Below are positions 8,237-17,420 of a DNA stretch of 64,000 nucleotides, piece by piece. The notes under the pieces were generated by a model. It was not told where the DNA came from and did no database searches. It was given only the letters and a program-made list of their open reading frames with translations. A program made the position numbers and the translations under genes. Numbering within the stretch: position 1 is the stretch's first letter; each line of letters starts with the position of its first letter. Source of the DNA: Aquificaceae bacterium (GTDB taxonomy: Bacteria > Aquificota > Aquificia > Aquificales > Aquificaceae); NCBI GenBank assembly GCA_037925075.1, contig JAXSNR010000001.1, positions 736,001 through 800,000 of the forward strand, in the 5' to 3' direction.

Positions 8237-9956
8237 GGACTGCCATACCAAAAACAAAAAGCCAAGCCCATAGGTTGGAAGAAGCACCCGCATTACAACC
8301 ACCACCTCCACCGCTTTCAACGGGTGGGTTTAGGTTTTCAAGGATAACTATGGGGTCCTCTATAAATAGATCCGTGCTGTCAGCGTCGTAGATAGAGTTG
8401 TCGTATATCACAAAGGTTATGGTGGAGCCCAGTATGCTAACCTGGGATGTTATGTCGTAGATTTGATTTCCCACAAGTTTATAAACCCTGCTACCCGCGG
8501 GTATACGGGTTGGTAAAATCAACCTTACGGTGGCAAGGCGAGCTATATTAGCCACCTGAACCCTTATTCTAAAAGCAGGGTAGTTTATGGCATAGCCCGG
8601 TGGTGGGCTTACTGGCGGTTGAAAGCTCTCAAAGGCAAGTATGTTGGCGTCTGTTTGTAAAAGGATGCTACCTGCTGGTGAGGTTGTGCTGGAATAGTAT
8701 GGGAGTGGTGGTAGGTTGTCGGGTAGTGGTGGCGGTGGCTGGTTATCAGGTGGCGGCTGTTGGCTTTGAGATTGCTTGAACTTTGCGGTGCAGGTTTTGT
8801 CCGCGGCTATGTTTGTTAGTATGCATGTGGCGTTGGTGCAAGAAGAACAATCCCCAAGCCACCCGTCAAACTCATACCCAGAACTTGGATTGGCAGTAAG
8901 GCTAACATCTGCCCCATGCTCGTATTCTCCATCGCCTGATACGGTACCCGAGCCCGAGGGTTGGACGCCAACGGATACATTGTAAAGTGCCTCAAAGGCT
9001 CCTGCGTCGCATTTTTTGTTGTTTTTGTTCCTGTCTTTGCCCCTTTGGTCTTTGGTGATATCAACTACTAATATGTCCGTGCAATCTGTCACGGAGTTTA
9101 TAGCAACAGAAGATGAGTTTAGTTTGTAAACTCTTGTGCTTCCTCCATGATAGTCAAGCGTATCAAGGGCTAATTCCTGCTGTGTCTTTTGGGTAAAGCC
9201 CGTACATCCCCCTATACTTGTGCTATAAAGCACGCCAAAGCCTTGCACCGTGCCAGCACAAAGATTGCCCGTGTGGTCAAAGATGGAGTTTTTGACTTGC
9301 AAGGTGCCACCAGCTTGTGCCAAAGCGTCTGCGGAGTTCCCGCTTGCGGTGATAAAGGCTATTCGTGTTATCCCTGCGTTGTTATAGACTATACTGCCTG
9401 CGGGTGCGGTGTTGTTGGCAAAGGTGCAGTTGGTTATCTCCACAGTTCCCCCGTTGTTGTAGATGGTGCCGTTGCCTGTAGCGTTGTTGTAACCTATAAA
9501 GGAGTTTGAAATTTTGAGGGTCCGCCCTGAGCCAACCGCAACCACCGAGCCGTTGGTCGTACTACGCCCATTGATAAGGTTTAAGTTCCTTATCTCCAAA
9601 GTGCCACTGCCTGTTAGTGTAAAGAGCTGAACCGTATTATTCCCACTTATACTGACCCTTACACCAGAGCCATCAATGGTGAGATTGCCACCCGTAAAAT
9701 CGACTGACAAAGAAGATGAGAGCGTGATAACCTGCCCGTTTAGGCTTTGTGCAAAATTGATAGTATCATTTCCAAGAGTCCCTTGCACTTGACATTCTGT
9801 ATAGGTTGAAATACTGTTAGTGTTGGCGATTTTCAAAGCTTCCCTTAAATTGCATTTACCATCGCCGGGATTATCACTGTCCCCCGCATCATCAACGGTG
9901 ATGGTCGCAGAAAAGCTTATGGCTATCAAGCTTAGTAAGACAAGTAAGTATATCAT
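8211..9956 (-). CDS. Secreted CSLREA-domain / beta-helix adhesin-like protein with C-terminal Gly-rich Cys sorting signal
   Basis: Signal peptide from ATG 9956 (SD GGAGGTG); CNLREAL motif; choice-of-anchor-Q-like DQRG...CDAGAFE; bacterial repeat (TANPSSGYEFDGWLGDC); Pro linker; GGGGGCNAG-TM-RKLR tail. Confidence 0.8.
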   Translation of the reverse strand: MIYLLVLLSLIAISFSATITVDDAGDSDNPGDGKCNLREALKIANTNSISTYTECQVQGTLGNDTINFAQSLNGQVITLSSSLSVDFTGGNLTIDGSGVRVSISGNNTVQLFTLTGSGTLEIRNLNLINGRSTTNGSVVAVGSGRTLKISNSFIGYNNATGNGTIYNNGGTVEITNCTFANNTAPAGSIVYNNAGITRIAFITASGNSADALAQAGGTLQVKNSIFDHTGNLCAGTVQGFGVLYSTSIGGCTGFTQKTQQELALDTLDYHGGSTRVYKLNSSSVAINSVTDCTDILVVDITKDQRGKDRNKNNKKCDAGAFEALYNVSVGVQPSGSGTVSGDGEYEHGADVSLTANPSSGYEFDGWLGDCSSCTNATCILTNIAADKTCTAKFKQSQSQQPPPDNQPPPPLPDNLPPLPYYSSTTSPAGSILLQTDANILAFESFQPPVSPPPGYAINYPAFRIRVQVANIARLATVRLILPTRIPAGSRVYKLVGNQIYDITSQVSILGSTITFVIYDNSIYDADSTDLFIEDPIVILENLNPPVESGGGGGCNAGASSNLWAWLFVFGMAVLRKLRTLS

Positions 9957-9975
9957 AGTTGTCACCTCCCTTTCT

Positions 9976-10647
9976 TTATCTGCATTGGTCTTGTTCTCCG
10001 TAGTCCGCAAGTCTTATAGCAAGGCTGTATTTTATGGTTTTTTTCTTGCCAGAGTATATTTCCACCACATCAAACTCAAAGTTTGCCAAGGCATTGCAGA
10101 TGCTGGGGTATGAAGCTCTTTGAAGGAGTGTTGGACACCCATCTTGGTTTATGTATATGTAATTTATTATTTCCGTGATTGCTATTTTCATATCTTGTGT
10201 TATGGGCTGTATGGTCACGGTGGAATCGCCAGTAGGCTGTAAAACCGCACCTACGGGAAATTCATATATGCCGGGTATACAACCTGTAAAGCTAACCTTG
10301 TACTTTTCCACAAGGACTGGGGAGGGAAGTTCCACCACCGGCTCTCCTTTGACGTTTTTTAGAGGCTCAACATTAAAGGTAATATCCACGTTTTCTGCTC
10401 TGTATACCGCGCCAATACAAACATCGTTTGCGACTGCAATAGCGTTGCAACCTGTGGAAGGAGCAGAGAGGACTGGTGCCTGTACTGGTGTATGGATAAC
10501 CACATCGCTTTCCAGTGGGTTTGGTTGTGCGTTGGCTATAACCACCGTCACCGTGTCAAAGGTTGGGGTATAGTCGGACAGTCCTGTGCCACCGCAAGAA
10601 AAGGCACCTAAAACTATGGGCATGCTCGCAACCGCAAGCTTTTTCAT
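9976..10647 (-). CDS. Hypothetical lipoprotein
   Basis: MKKLAVASMPIVLGAFS-CGG lipobox; SD AGGAGG; several Cys. Confidence 0.7.
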   Translation of the reverse strand: MKKLAVASMPIVLGAFSCGGTGLSDYTPTFDTVTVVIANAQPNPLESDVVIHTPVQAPVLSAPSTGCNAIAVANDVCIGAVYRAENVDITFNVEPLKNVKGEPVVELPSPVLVEKYKVSFTGCIPGIYEFPVGAVLQPTGDSTVTIQPITQDMKIAITEIINYIYINQDGCPTLLQRASYPSICNALANFEFDVVEIYSGKKKTIKYSLAIRLADYGEQDQCR

Positions 10648-10680
10648 TTTTCCCTCCTTTTGCTATTATATGATTATAAT

Positions 10681-11766
10681 ATGTCACCTCAAGCTCTAAG
10701 CAAGGTCAAATATGGCAGTTTCCTAAAAGGCAATCTACTAAAAGGTAGGGTAGACCAGTACGAGCTTTCTCTGGTTTTGGTTGAGCTTTCTACCCTTATG
10801 GCTTCTGGGCTTTCCTTGATAAACGCCCTTAGGTTGATAAAAGACCAGACCTCCAACAGGGCTATAAAGGACGGCTTAGATAAGGTAATGCAGGAGATAG
10901 AGAAAGGCAGAAGCCTATACAGAGCCTTTTCTGAGGCTGGCATCTTTCCAGAGTTTTTTATTGAGATGTTAAGAACCGCAGAAAGCGGAGAAAACCTTAA
11001 ACAGGTGCTAAAAATAGCAGGCCAGTATCTTCAAAAAACAGTGGAAGCAAGAGCCAAGTTTTTTACAGCAATCGCCTATCCGATTTTTGTAATATTTGCA
11101 AGCCTCTTGGCAGTCCTTGTGGTGGTCAAGGTGGTGGTGCCAAAGATTGCCGGCGTCCTCGAAAGCCTTGGGAAAGAATTACCCCTTATAACAAAAGCCC
11201 TTGTGCTTTTTTCTGTTTTTCTTTCCTATTTTGTGTATCTTATCCCAATCCTTGCGGTGCTATATGTTTTCAGGCACAGGTTCATAAAAAAAGAGTTTTG
11301 GGATAGGTATATGCTTGGTGTCCCCATTCTTGGGAGGCTTTCCCTCTATTACAACCTTTCTCGTTTTGCAAGCAGTCTTTACATGTCCCTTTCTTCCAAC
11401 ATCCCCATTACAAGAGCCATAGCACTTAGCTTGGGTAGTATATCCAACGTCTATCTTAGGGCTTCTCTAATTGGTGTGGAGCAAGAGGTGGCAAAGGGAA
11501 AGAGCCTTAGCCTTGCCTTGAGGGAAAGGAGGGTGCTTCCTGAGACCTTTCTTAACCTTCTTGCCATGGGAGAGCGTAGCGGTGAGTTGGAAAAGAGCCT
11601 TATGATGATTTCTGAGCTTTATGAACGTCAGGCGGAGAGGGTGATTTCCTTTTGGCTTAGGTTTGCGGAGCCTTTGGCTATGCTTGTGGTGGGTGCCTTG
11701 GTGGCTGTGGTAGTCCTTAGCGTGGTTTTGCCCCTTTCCGAGATATCCGCGGGCGTAAGAAGATAG
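10681..11766 (+). CDS. gspF: Type II secretion system inner-membrane platform protein F (GspF/PilC family)
   Basis: Two T2SSF repeats (ELSTLMASGLSL...AESGENL; GERSGELEKSL...AEPL); first gene of the gsp cluster; start uncertain (TTG 10660 or ATG 10681). Confidence 0.9.
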   Translation: MSPQALSKVKYGSFLKGNLLKGRVDQYELSLVLVELSTLMASGLSLINALRLIKDQTSNRAIKDGLDKVMQEIEKGRSLYRAFSEAGIFPEFFIEMLRTAESGENLKQVLKIAGQYLQKTVEARAKFFTAIAYPIFVIFASLLAVLVVVKVVVPKIAGVLESLGKELPLITKALVLFSVFLSYFVYLIPILAVLYVFRHRFIKKEFWDRYMLGVPILGRLSLYYNLSRFASSLYMSLSSNIPITRAIALSLGSISNVYLRASLIGVEQEVAKGKSLSLALRERRVLPETFLNLLAMGERSGELEKSLMMISELYERQAERVISFWLRFAEPLAMLVVGALVAVVVLSVVLPLSEISAGVRR

Positions 11767-11781
11767 CCTTATAATTTTTCC

Positions 11782-12183
11782 ATGAGACAAAAAGGTTTTA
11801 CACTGATAGAGCTTTTGGTGGTTATCATCATCCTTGGCATCCTTGCGGCCATTGTGGTTCCCCGTATAACGGGCAGGGTGGATGAGGCAAAGGTAGAAGC
11901 CACAAGGGTACAGCTAAAAGCCGTAAAGGACGCCCTTGAACAGTACAAGCTGGACAACGGCTTTTATCCCACCACGGAGCAAGGGCTTAGGGCTCTTGTG
12001 GAAAAGCCCGCCACACCACCAAACCCCACAAGGTGGAGGCAGTACTTGGACAAGGTGCCAAAGGACTCATGGGACAGAGAGCTTATATACATGTCTCCGG
12101 GTATTGGAAGGCCCTTTGAGCTTAGGTCTATGGGTCCAGACGGTAAAGAGGGCACAGAGGACGACATAGATGTTTGGAAATAA
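11782..12183 (+). CDS. gspG: Type II secretion major pseudopilin G
   Basis: GFTLIELLVV prepilin motif, ALEQYKLDNGFYPTTEQGLRALV, PKDSW, SMGPDGKEGTEDDI. Confidence 0.95.
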   Translation: MRQKGFTLIELLVVIIILGILAAIVVPRITGRVDEAKVEATRVQLKAVKDALEQYKLDNGFYPTTEQGLRALVEKPATPPNPTRWRQYLDKVPKDSWDRELIYMSPGIGRPFELRSMGPDGKEGTEDDIDVWK

Positions 12184-12454
12184 GGGCTTTACACTTCTTG
12201 AGCTTATGGTTGCCATAGTGGTGCTTGCGGTGGGCTTTTCTGTGGTTTTTGAGGTCCTATCAAAGGCAAGGCTTGATTACGCACAGGCTAACAGCCTTGA
12301 AAGGGATATGATAGAGCTTAACAAGGCCCTTTTGGAGGGAAAAACGGAGGACCTCCTGTCTCAGGCAAGAACCCTTGAAGACTACCCACAGGTGGAGGAG
12401 GTCTCATACAGGCTTGGCTCTGCGGAGTTTTTCCTGTATGGGCTTAAAAAATGA
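12170..12454 (+). CDS. Minor pseudopilin (GspI-like)
   Basis: GFTLLELMVAIVVLAV N-methylation motif; short; follows gspG. Confidence 0.75.
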   Translation: MFGNKGFTLLELMVAIVVLAVGFSVVFEVLSKARLDYAQANSLERDMIELNKALLEGKTEDLLSQARTLEDYPQVEEVSYRLGSAEFFLYGLKK

Positions 12455-12933
12455 AAAGGGGCTTTACCCTTCTTGAGGTGCTTCTTGTGGTGGCCCTTAT
12501 GGGCGTGTTCTTTGGGGTGCTTTCTTATGGCTTTTACTCCTCTGTGAGAAACTCCTACCTCCTTATGGAGTCTGCGGAGGCAACAAGGGAAGAGGTAATG
12601 CTCTTTTGGAACCTTCAGAGAAAGCTAACCGGTGCCCAAGACCTTTATCTCAAAAGGGATGCCCTTTTTATGACCACCACCGCAGGGGACTACTACCAAG
12701 GGGTTGTAAAGTGTGCCTATCTGTACAAGGATGGCTGGCTTTACTACTATGAGTTCCCGTACCCTTACGGAGACATAACCTTTTACGAAGAGGACAAGCT
12801 TATAAGGCTTGGAAGGTTCAAAGAGCTGTCCTTTAGGGCCTTTGCGGGAGGGCAGTTTTTGGAGGAATTCAGGGGCAAGCCCAATTGGGTGGAGATAAAA
12901 GGTGAAGGAAGGGTCCTTATGGTAGCCCCTTAG
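12451..12933 (+). CDS. Minor pseudopilin (GspJ-like)
   Basis: MKRGFTLLEVLLVVAL prepilin motif; position in cluster. Confidence 0.75.
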   Translation: MKRGFTLLEVLLVVALMGVFFGVLSYGFYSSVRNSYLLMESAEATREEVMLFWNLQRKLTGAQDLYLKRDALFMTTTAGDYYQGVVKCAYLYKDGWLYYYEFPYPYGDITFYEEDKLIRLGRFKELSFRAFAGGQFLEEFRGKPNWVEIKGEGRVLMVAP

Positions 12934-12949
12934 GTTATAATATTATCAA

Positions 12950-13696
12950 ATGCGGATTTTCTACCCTCTATACTTGTTTTCCCTTGCTTTGCTTATGCTT
13001 GCGTATGTTTCCTTTGTAAGTAGCAGGGTGGAGGTACCTCAGCTTGTGAGGGAAGAGGTTCAAACCCAAAGCCTTTTTGCAAAGTTTGAAGGTTTGTATC
13101 CAAAGCAAGTAAAAGAGGAGGAAAAGGTGCCCACCGTAAGCCTGATCGCAACCGCCACTGGCTACGTCCCTCTTGCCCTTGCGGAGGTGGACGGACAGAC
13201 AAAAACCCTCAGAATTGGTTCTCAGGTGGGTGGCTACAAGGTGGCTTCCATAGAAAGAAACTATATATTGCTTTCAAAGGGTGAAAAGAAGCTTGCGGTG
13301 GGCTTTACCTTTGGTCCAAAACCCACTCCACAGCAAACCTCTTCTCAGGGAGCTTCTTTGCCGCAGGCAAGCAGAAGCCTTCAAGCAAGCCTTCCAAAGG
13401 GAGAGTTAGAACGCATAACCTCAGACCCCGGGATCATGTTTAGGATGATAAGGCTTGTGCCCTTTGTGCAAGAAGGAAGAACCAAAGGCTTCCTCTTTGA
13501 GTGGGTGGAGCCGGGTAGTATTTTTGAAAGGGCTGGCATAAAGGTTGGGGATGTTTTGCTTTCTATAAACAACCAAGAGATAAAAAGTGGTGAGGACGCC
13601 TTTAGGATCTTACAGGTGCTTAGAAACGAAAACAGTATAAAATTGAACCTACAAAGAGGAAATGAGATTTTAGAACTTTCTTTGAGGGTGGAATGA
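12950..13696 (+). CDS. gspC: Type II secretion protein C with PDZ domain
   Basis: N-terminal TM, HR domain, PDZ (PGSIFERAGIKVGDVLLSINN); directly upstream of the secretin. Confidence 0.85.
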   Translation: MRIFYPLYLFSLALLMLAYVSFVSSRVEVPQLVREEVQTQSLFAKFEGLYPKQVKEEEKVPTVSLIATATGYVPLALAEVDGQTKTLRIGSQVGGYKVASIERNYILLSKGEKKLAVGFTFGPKPTPQQTSSQGASLPQASRSLQASLPKGELERITSDPGIMFRMIRLVPFVQEGRTKGFLFEWVEPGSIFERAGIKVGDVLLSINNQEIKSGEDAFRILQVLRNENSIKLNLQRGNEILELSLRVE

Positions 13697-15660
13697 TGAA
13701 AAGGTTTGTGGTTTTCCTTGTGCTTTTTTTGGTGCTTGCACCCGTTGGTCATACTCAGACCGCGGAAGAGCTTCAAAGACAAGCTCAGGAACAAAAAAGA
13801 GCCGGAAAGGTCTTTCTCAACTTTCAGAACGCGGACATATCCTTGGTGGTCAAGTTTATGTCGGAGCTAACTGGCAAAAATATAATCCTTGACCCAAACG
13901 TAAAGGGAACCATTACCATAAGCTCCGCAAAGCCTGTTAGCCTAAGTCAGGCATGGGAGCTTTTTGTCATGTCTCTTACCCTTCAGGGCTATGGAGTGGT
14001 GGAAGAGAAAAACTTTGTGCGCATAGTACCCATAGCACAGGCTGTGCCCCTTGCGGAGCCAAGAAGGCCCTCCACTGGAGCGGACATAATCATATACCTC
14101 TATGGTGCGGAAAACACACAGGCAAGCCAGCTTCAGCAAGCCATTCAGCCCTTCCTTTCCCCCTTTGCAAAGGTGAGCATACACGCACAGTCCAACACTC
14201 TCATAATAGCGGACATAGCAAGGAACATAGAAAAGATAAAGGGCATAATAAAGGAGCTTGACTCTCCACAGAAGACCCTTAAGATAAAGCTCTACCCCCT
14301 CCAGAGGGCAAAGGCGGAAAACGTGCTTCAGAGTGTGCAGGCGGTTGTAAGCACCCTACAGCAACAGATAGGTATTCCGGGTGTAGCTACCATAAGCAAG
14401 GATGCCAACGCAATTATTGTGGTCGCCCGCGAGGATGTGCATGCTTTGGTTGAAGAGGTTATAAAAACCATAGACCAATCCACTCAGATTACAGAAGACA
14501 GGAGCTTTTATGTCCTACCTCTTAAGTTTATCTCCGCGGAGGAACTTCAAAAAAGCCTTCAGAGCCTTCTCTCTGGAGTAAGCCCGGTTATCACACAGCC
14601 CACCCCACCAACCCAACCGCAAGAGATAAGAGGTCTTGAGACACCCCTCAGAAAGGAGCCCACAGCTCAGCCCAAACAACCCCAGCCCATACCTGCCATA
14701 CAGACGAAGGAAGGCATGCGTATAGGCTTTGATAGAGGCACAAACTCCTTGCTTATATACGCAACTCCTCAGGAGTTTGAAGGACTAAAGGCTCTTGTGG
14801 AAAGGCTTGATGTGCGTAGAAGGCAGGTGCTTATTGCAGCCTCCGTGGTGGAGATGTCCACGAGCAAAGCCTTTGAGCTTGGAGTAAGATGGCAGGCCAT
14901 AGGCTCCAAGGGTGGTGCAGGCTTTGGTGTGGGAAGTGTTCAGGACCTGTACAGCTCCATACTAACTGGCAACTTTGTGCTTGGTTTTATAAACAACGTG
15001 GGAAGAACCATCACCATAGGTGGAGCGACCCTTTTCTTCCCAGACCTTGTGCTTCTTTTATCTCTTCTTGAGAAGGGCACCGGCTTTAATCTCATCTCAA
15101 ACCCAAAGGTGCTTACCCTTGACAACCAACCCGCGGAGATAAAGGTGGGTCAGGTGGTACCCTTTGCCTCTGGTGTAAAGTTTGACATAAACGGACAGCC
15201 CGTTATAACCTACGACTACAAGGAGGTGGGGCTTGACCTCAAGATTACACCCACCATAGCGGAAAACAACCTAAGGCTTATGATAGGCTTGCAGGTGCAG
15301 GAGATTGTGGATTTTATAAGGCCTCAGGTGGGACAGCTAAGCTATGCGGTGCCAGTGACCTCCAACAGACAGGTAAATTCAGATGTGGTGGTAGAAAACG
15401 GTCAGACCATAATCATTGGCGGGCTTGTTAGCACAAGAAGTATAAGCACTCAGGAGGGAGTGCCGGGTCTTAAGGATGTTCCCCTTTTTGGAAGGCTTTT
15501 CAGAAGGGATACCCAGACGGAAGATAAGGTTTCTCTGTTTATATTTATAACGCCCTATGTGGTAGAAAGCCCAGAAGAGCTTAGTAAGATAACCCAAGAA
15601 CATCAAAAGTTGGCGGAGGAGCTTAAAAAACTTATGGAAAAGCAGAAGAAGAATGAATAA
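13693..15660 (+). CDS. gspD: Type II secretion secretin D
   Basis: LNFQNADI N0 domain, N1-N3 repeats, LDVRRRQVLI, PKVLTLDNQPAEIKVGQ, VPGLKDVPLFGRLF. Confidence 0.95.
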   Translation: MMKRFVVFLVLFLVLAPVGHTQTAEELQRQAQEQKRAGKVFLNFQNADISLVVKFMSELTGKNIILDPNVKGTITISSAKPVSLSQAWELFVMSLTLQGYGVVEEKNFVRIVPIAQAVPLAEPRRPSTGADIIIYLYGAENTQASQLQQAIQPFLSPFAKVSIHAQSNTLIIADIARNIEKIKGIIKELDSPQKTLKIKLYPLQRAKAENVLQSVQAVVSTLQQQIGIPGVATISKDANAIIVVAREDVHALVEEVIKTIDQSTQITEDRSFYVLPLKFISAEELQKSLQSLLSGVSPVITQPTPPTQPQEIRGLETPLRKEPTAQPKQPQPIPAIQTKEGMRIGFDRGTNSLLIYATPQEFEGLKALVERLDVRRRQVLIAASVVEMSTSKAFELGVRWQAIGSKGGAGFGVGSVQDLYSSILTGNFVLGFINNVGRTITIGGATLFFPDLVLLLSLLEKGTGFNLISNPKVLTLDNQPAEIKVGQVVPFASGVKFDINGQPVITYDYKEVGLDLKITPTIAENNLRLMIGLQVQEIVDFIRPQVGQLSYAVPVTSNRQVNSDVVVENGQTIIIGGLVSTRSISTQEGVPGLKDVPLFGRLFRRDTQTEDKVSLFIFITPYVVESPEELSKITQEHQKLAEELKKLMEKQKKNE

Positions 15661-16291
15661 GGTAAGCCTTAGGTCAATTTTTATAAACTTGATTTTCCTT
15701 TTCCTTTTGCTGGTCCTTTTGGTGCTTTTAACTTTTCCAAAATTTCTTCTGCTTGAAAGAGAGCTTGCAAAGGCTGGGCTATACCTTACCGCAAGGGAAG
15801 TCAAAGAAGATATTAGGGGTATTACTCTAAAAGAGGTGAACCTTTACGATAAAAGTTCAAAGCTTGCCCGCTTTGACAGTCTTAGGATTGACCTTAGACC
15901 CTTTGGTGTGGGCATATCAGCCCTTTGTGAGGGCAAAGGTTTTTGGTTAGATTGGTCTATTACTTCAAAAAGGCTAAAAGCTCAAGACTTCACCTGCTTT
16001 TCTGTTGCTGAAAGTATAAGTGCAGATCTGGTCATAAAAGAGGGTTTATATGGCAAGATGTGGCTAAAGGGTATAAGGGTTCAGGATACAAAGGTGGAAG
16101 AGCTGTCCCTTGAGATGAAGGGAAGGGTCTTTACCGCAAAAGCTAAGGTTATGGGTTTTGAACTTGTTGGAGATGGGCAGGTGGTTTTTAACCCTTCTAA
16201 TTTCTTAGAGTCAAAGATAAACGGCAGGCTTTCTGGCGGTATGAACCTTACCATCTCCGGCACATTAGAAAAGATACAGCTTACAAGGTAG
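15653..16291 (+). CDS. GspN-like type II secretion accessory protein
   Basis: N-terminal TM with TFP motif, beta-rich periplasmic part ending LTISGTLEK; follows gspD. Confidence 0.5.
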   Translation: MNKVSLRSIFINLIFLFLLLVLLVLLTFPKFLLLERELAKAGLYLTAREVKEDIRGITLKEVNLYDKSSKLARFDSLRIDLRPFGVGISALCEGKGFWLDWSITSKRLKAQDFTCFSVAESISADLVIKEGLYGKMWLKGIRVQDTKVEELSLEMKGRVFTAKAKVMGFELVGDGQVVFNPSNFLESKINGRLSGGMNLTISGTLEKIQLTR

Positions 16292-16300
16292 AATTTTTAC

Positions 16301-16483
16301 ATGGAAGAAAAGGTGCGGATGCTTATAAATGGCAAAGAGGTCAAGCTAAAAGATTACCCAAAGAGGGTGCTGTACAACCTTTTGGTTGGCTATGTAAAGA
16401 GCCTTAACCTTGAAGAGGCACCCAAAGATATTCAGGTTTATGTTAGAGTTGAGGAAGAGGATATTAGAGAGCCTAAGCTTTGA
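16301..16483 (+). CDS. 60-aa hypothetical protein resembling the C-terminal module of MobB-type proteins
   Basis: LINGKEVKL..YPKRVLYNLLVGYVKSL pattern; fills the gap between genes; TAGAAT 6 nt upstream. Confidence 0.55.
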   Translation: MEEKVRMLINGKEVKLKDYPKRVLYNLLVGYVKSLNLEEAPKDIQVYVRVEEEDIREPKL

Positions 16484-17420
16484 ATTCAACGAAAGCTTTG
16501 AAGGGCTTAGACTTGACCAGTTTTTGGCAAAGGTATACCCTGACTTCTCAAGAAGCTATCATCAAAGGCTTATAGAGGAGGGCTATGTGTTTGTGGATGG
16601 GCTTGAGGTAAGAAAGCCCTCAAAAAGGCTTAGGAAGGGAAGCCTTATAACCTTGCTCATCCCAGAGCCAGAGCCGATTGATGTGCCTGCGGAGAATATA
16701 CCTATTGATATAGTTTATGAGGATGAGGAGGTTCTTGTGCTTGTAAAGCCTTGTGGGCTTGTGGTGCATCCTTCACCGGGCTACACCTCTGGAACGCTTG
16801 TAAATGCCCTTCTGTACCATGTCAAAAAGCTCTCCTCCATAGGAGGAGTGGAAAGACCGGGAATAGTCCATCGCCTTGACAAAAACACCATGGGACTTAT
16901 GGTGGTGGCAAAAAGTGATGTGGCACACAGGAGCCTTACAGAGCAGTTCAAAGAAAGAAGGGTAGAAAAGCTTTATAAGGCTTTGGTAAAGGGACTGCCA
17001 GACTGGGAGTACAAAAGCATCGAGGCACCCATAGGAAGGCATGCCTTTGACAGAAAAAGGTTTGCCATAAGAGAGGAGGGAAAGCCCGCAAAAAGTGAAG
17101 TATGGGTTCTAAAGCGTTTCCCACGTCAGGGTATAAGCCTTCTCAAGGTGAAGATACATACGGGCAGGACCCATCAGATAAGGGTGCATCTTTCCCATTT
17201 AGGCTTTCCCATTCTGGGAGACATAACCTACGGCTTTAAGAGGAGCTCCGTAGACAAAAAGCTTCTTGAGACTATGGGAGATTGCCATATGCTCTTTAGC
17301 TACCACCTTGCCTTTGAACATCCCACAAAAGGGCAAAAGCTTAGCTTTGAAATAGAAGACCCAGAACCTTTTAGAAGCACCTTAGCCCTCATAGAAAAGC
17401 TGGAGGAAGAGATTTCTTAG
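16440..17420 (+). CDS. rluD: RluA/RluD family 23S rRNA pseudouridine synthase
   Basis: S4 domain RLDQFLA, KPCGLVVHP, RPGIVHRLDKNTMG, TGRTHQIRVH; exact start uncertain. Confidence 0.9.
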   Translation: MLELRKRILESLSFEFNESFEGLRLDQFLAKVYPDFSRSYHQRLIEEGYVFVDGLEVRKPSKRLRKGSLITLLIPEPEPIDVPAENIPIDIVYEDEEVLVLVKPCGLVVHPSPGYTSGTLVNALLYHVKKLSSIGGVERPGIVHRLDKNTMGLMVVAKSDVAHRSLTEQFKERRVEKLYKALVKGLPDWEYKSIEAPIGRHAFDRKRFAIREEGKPAKSEVWVLKRFPRQGISLLKVKIHTGRTHQIRVHLSHLGFPILGDITYGFKRSSVDKKLLETMGDCHMLFSYHLAFEHPTKGQKLSFEIEDPEPFRSTLALIEKLEEEIS

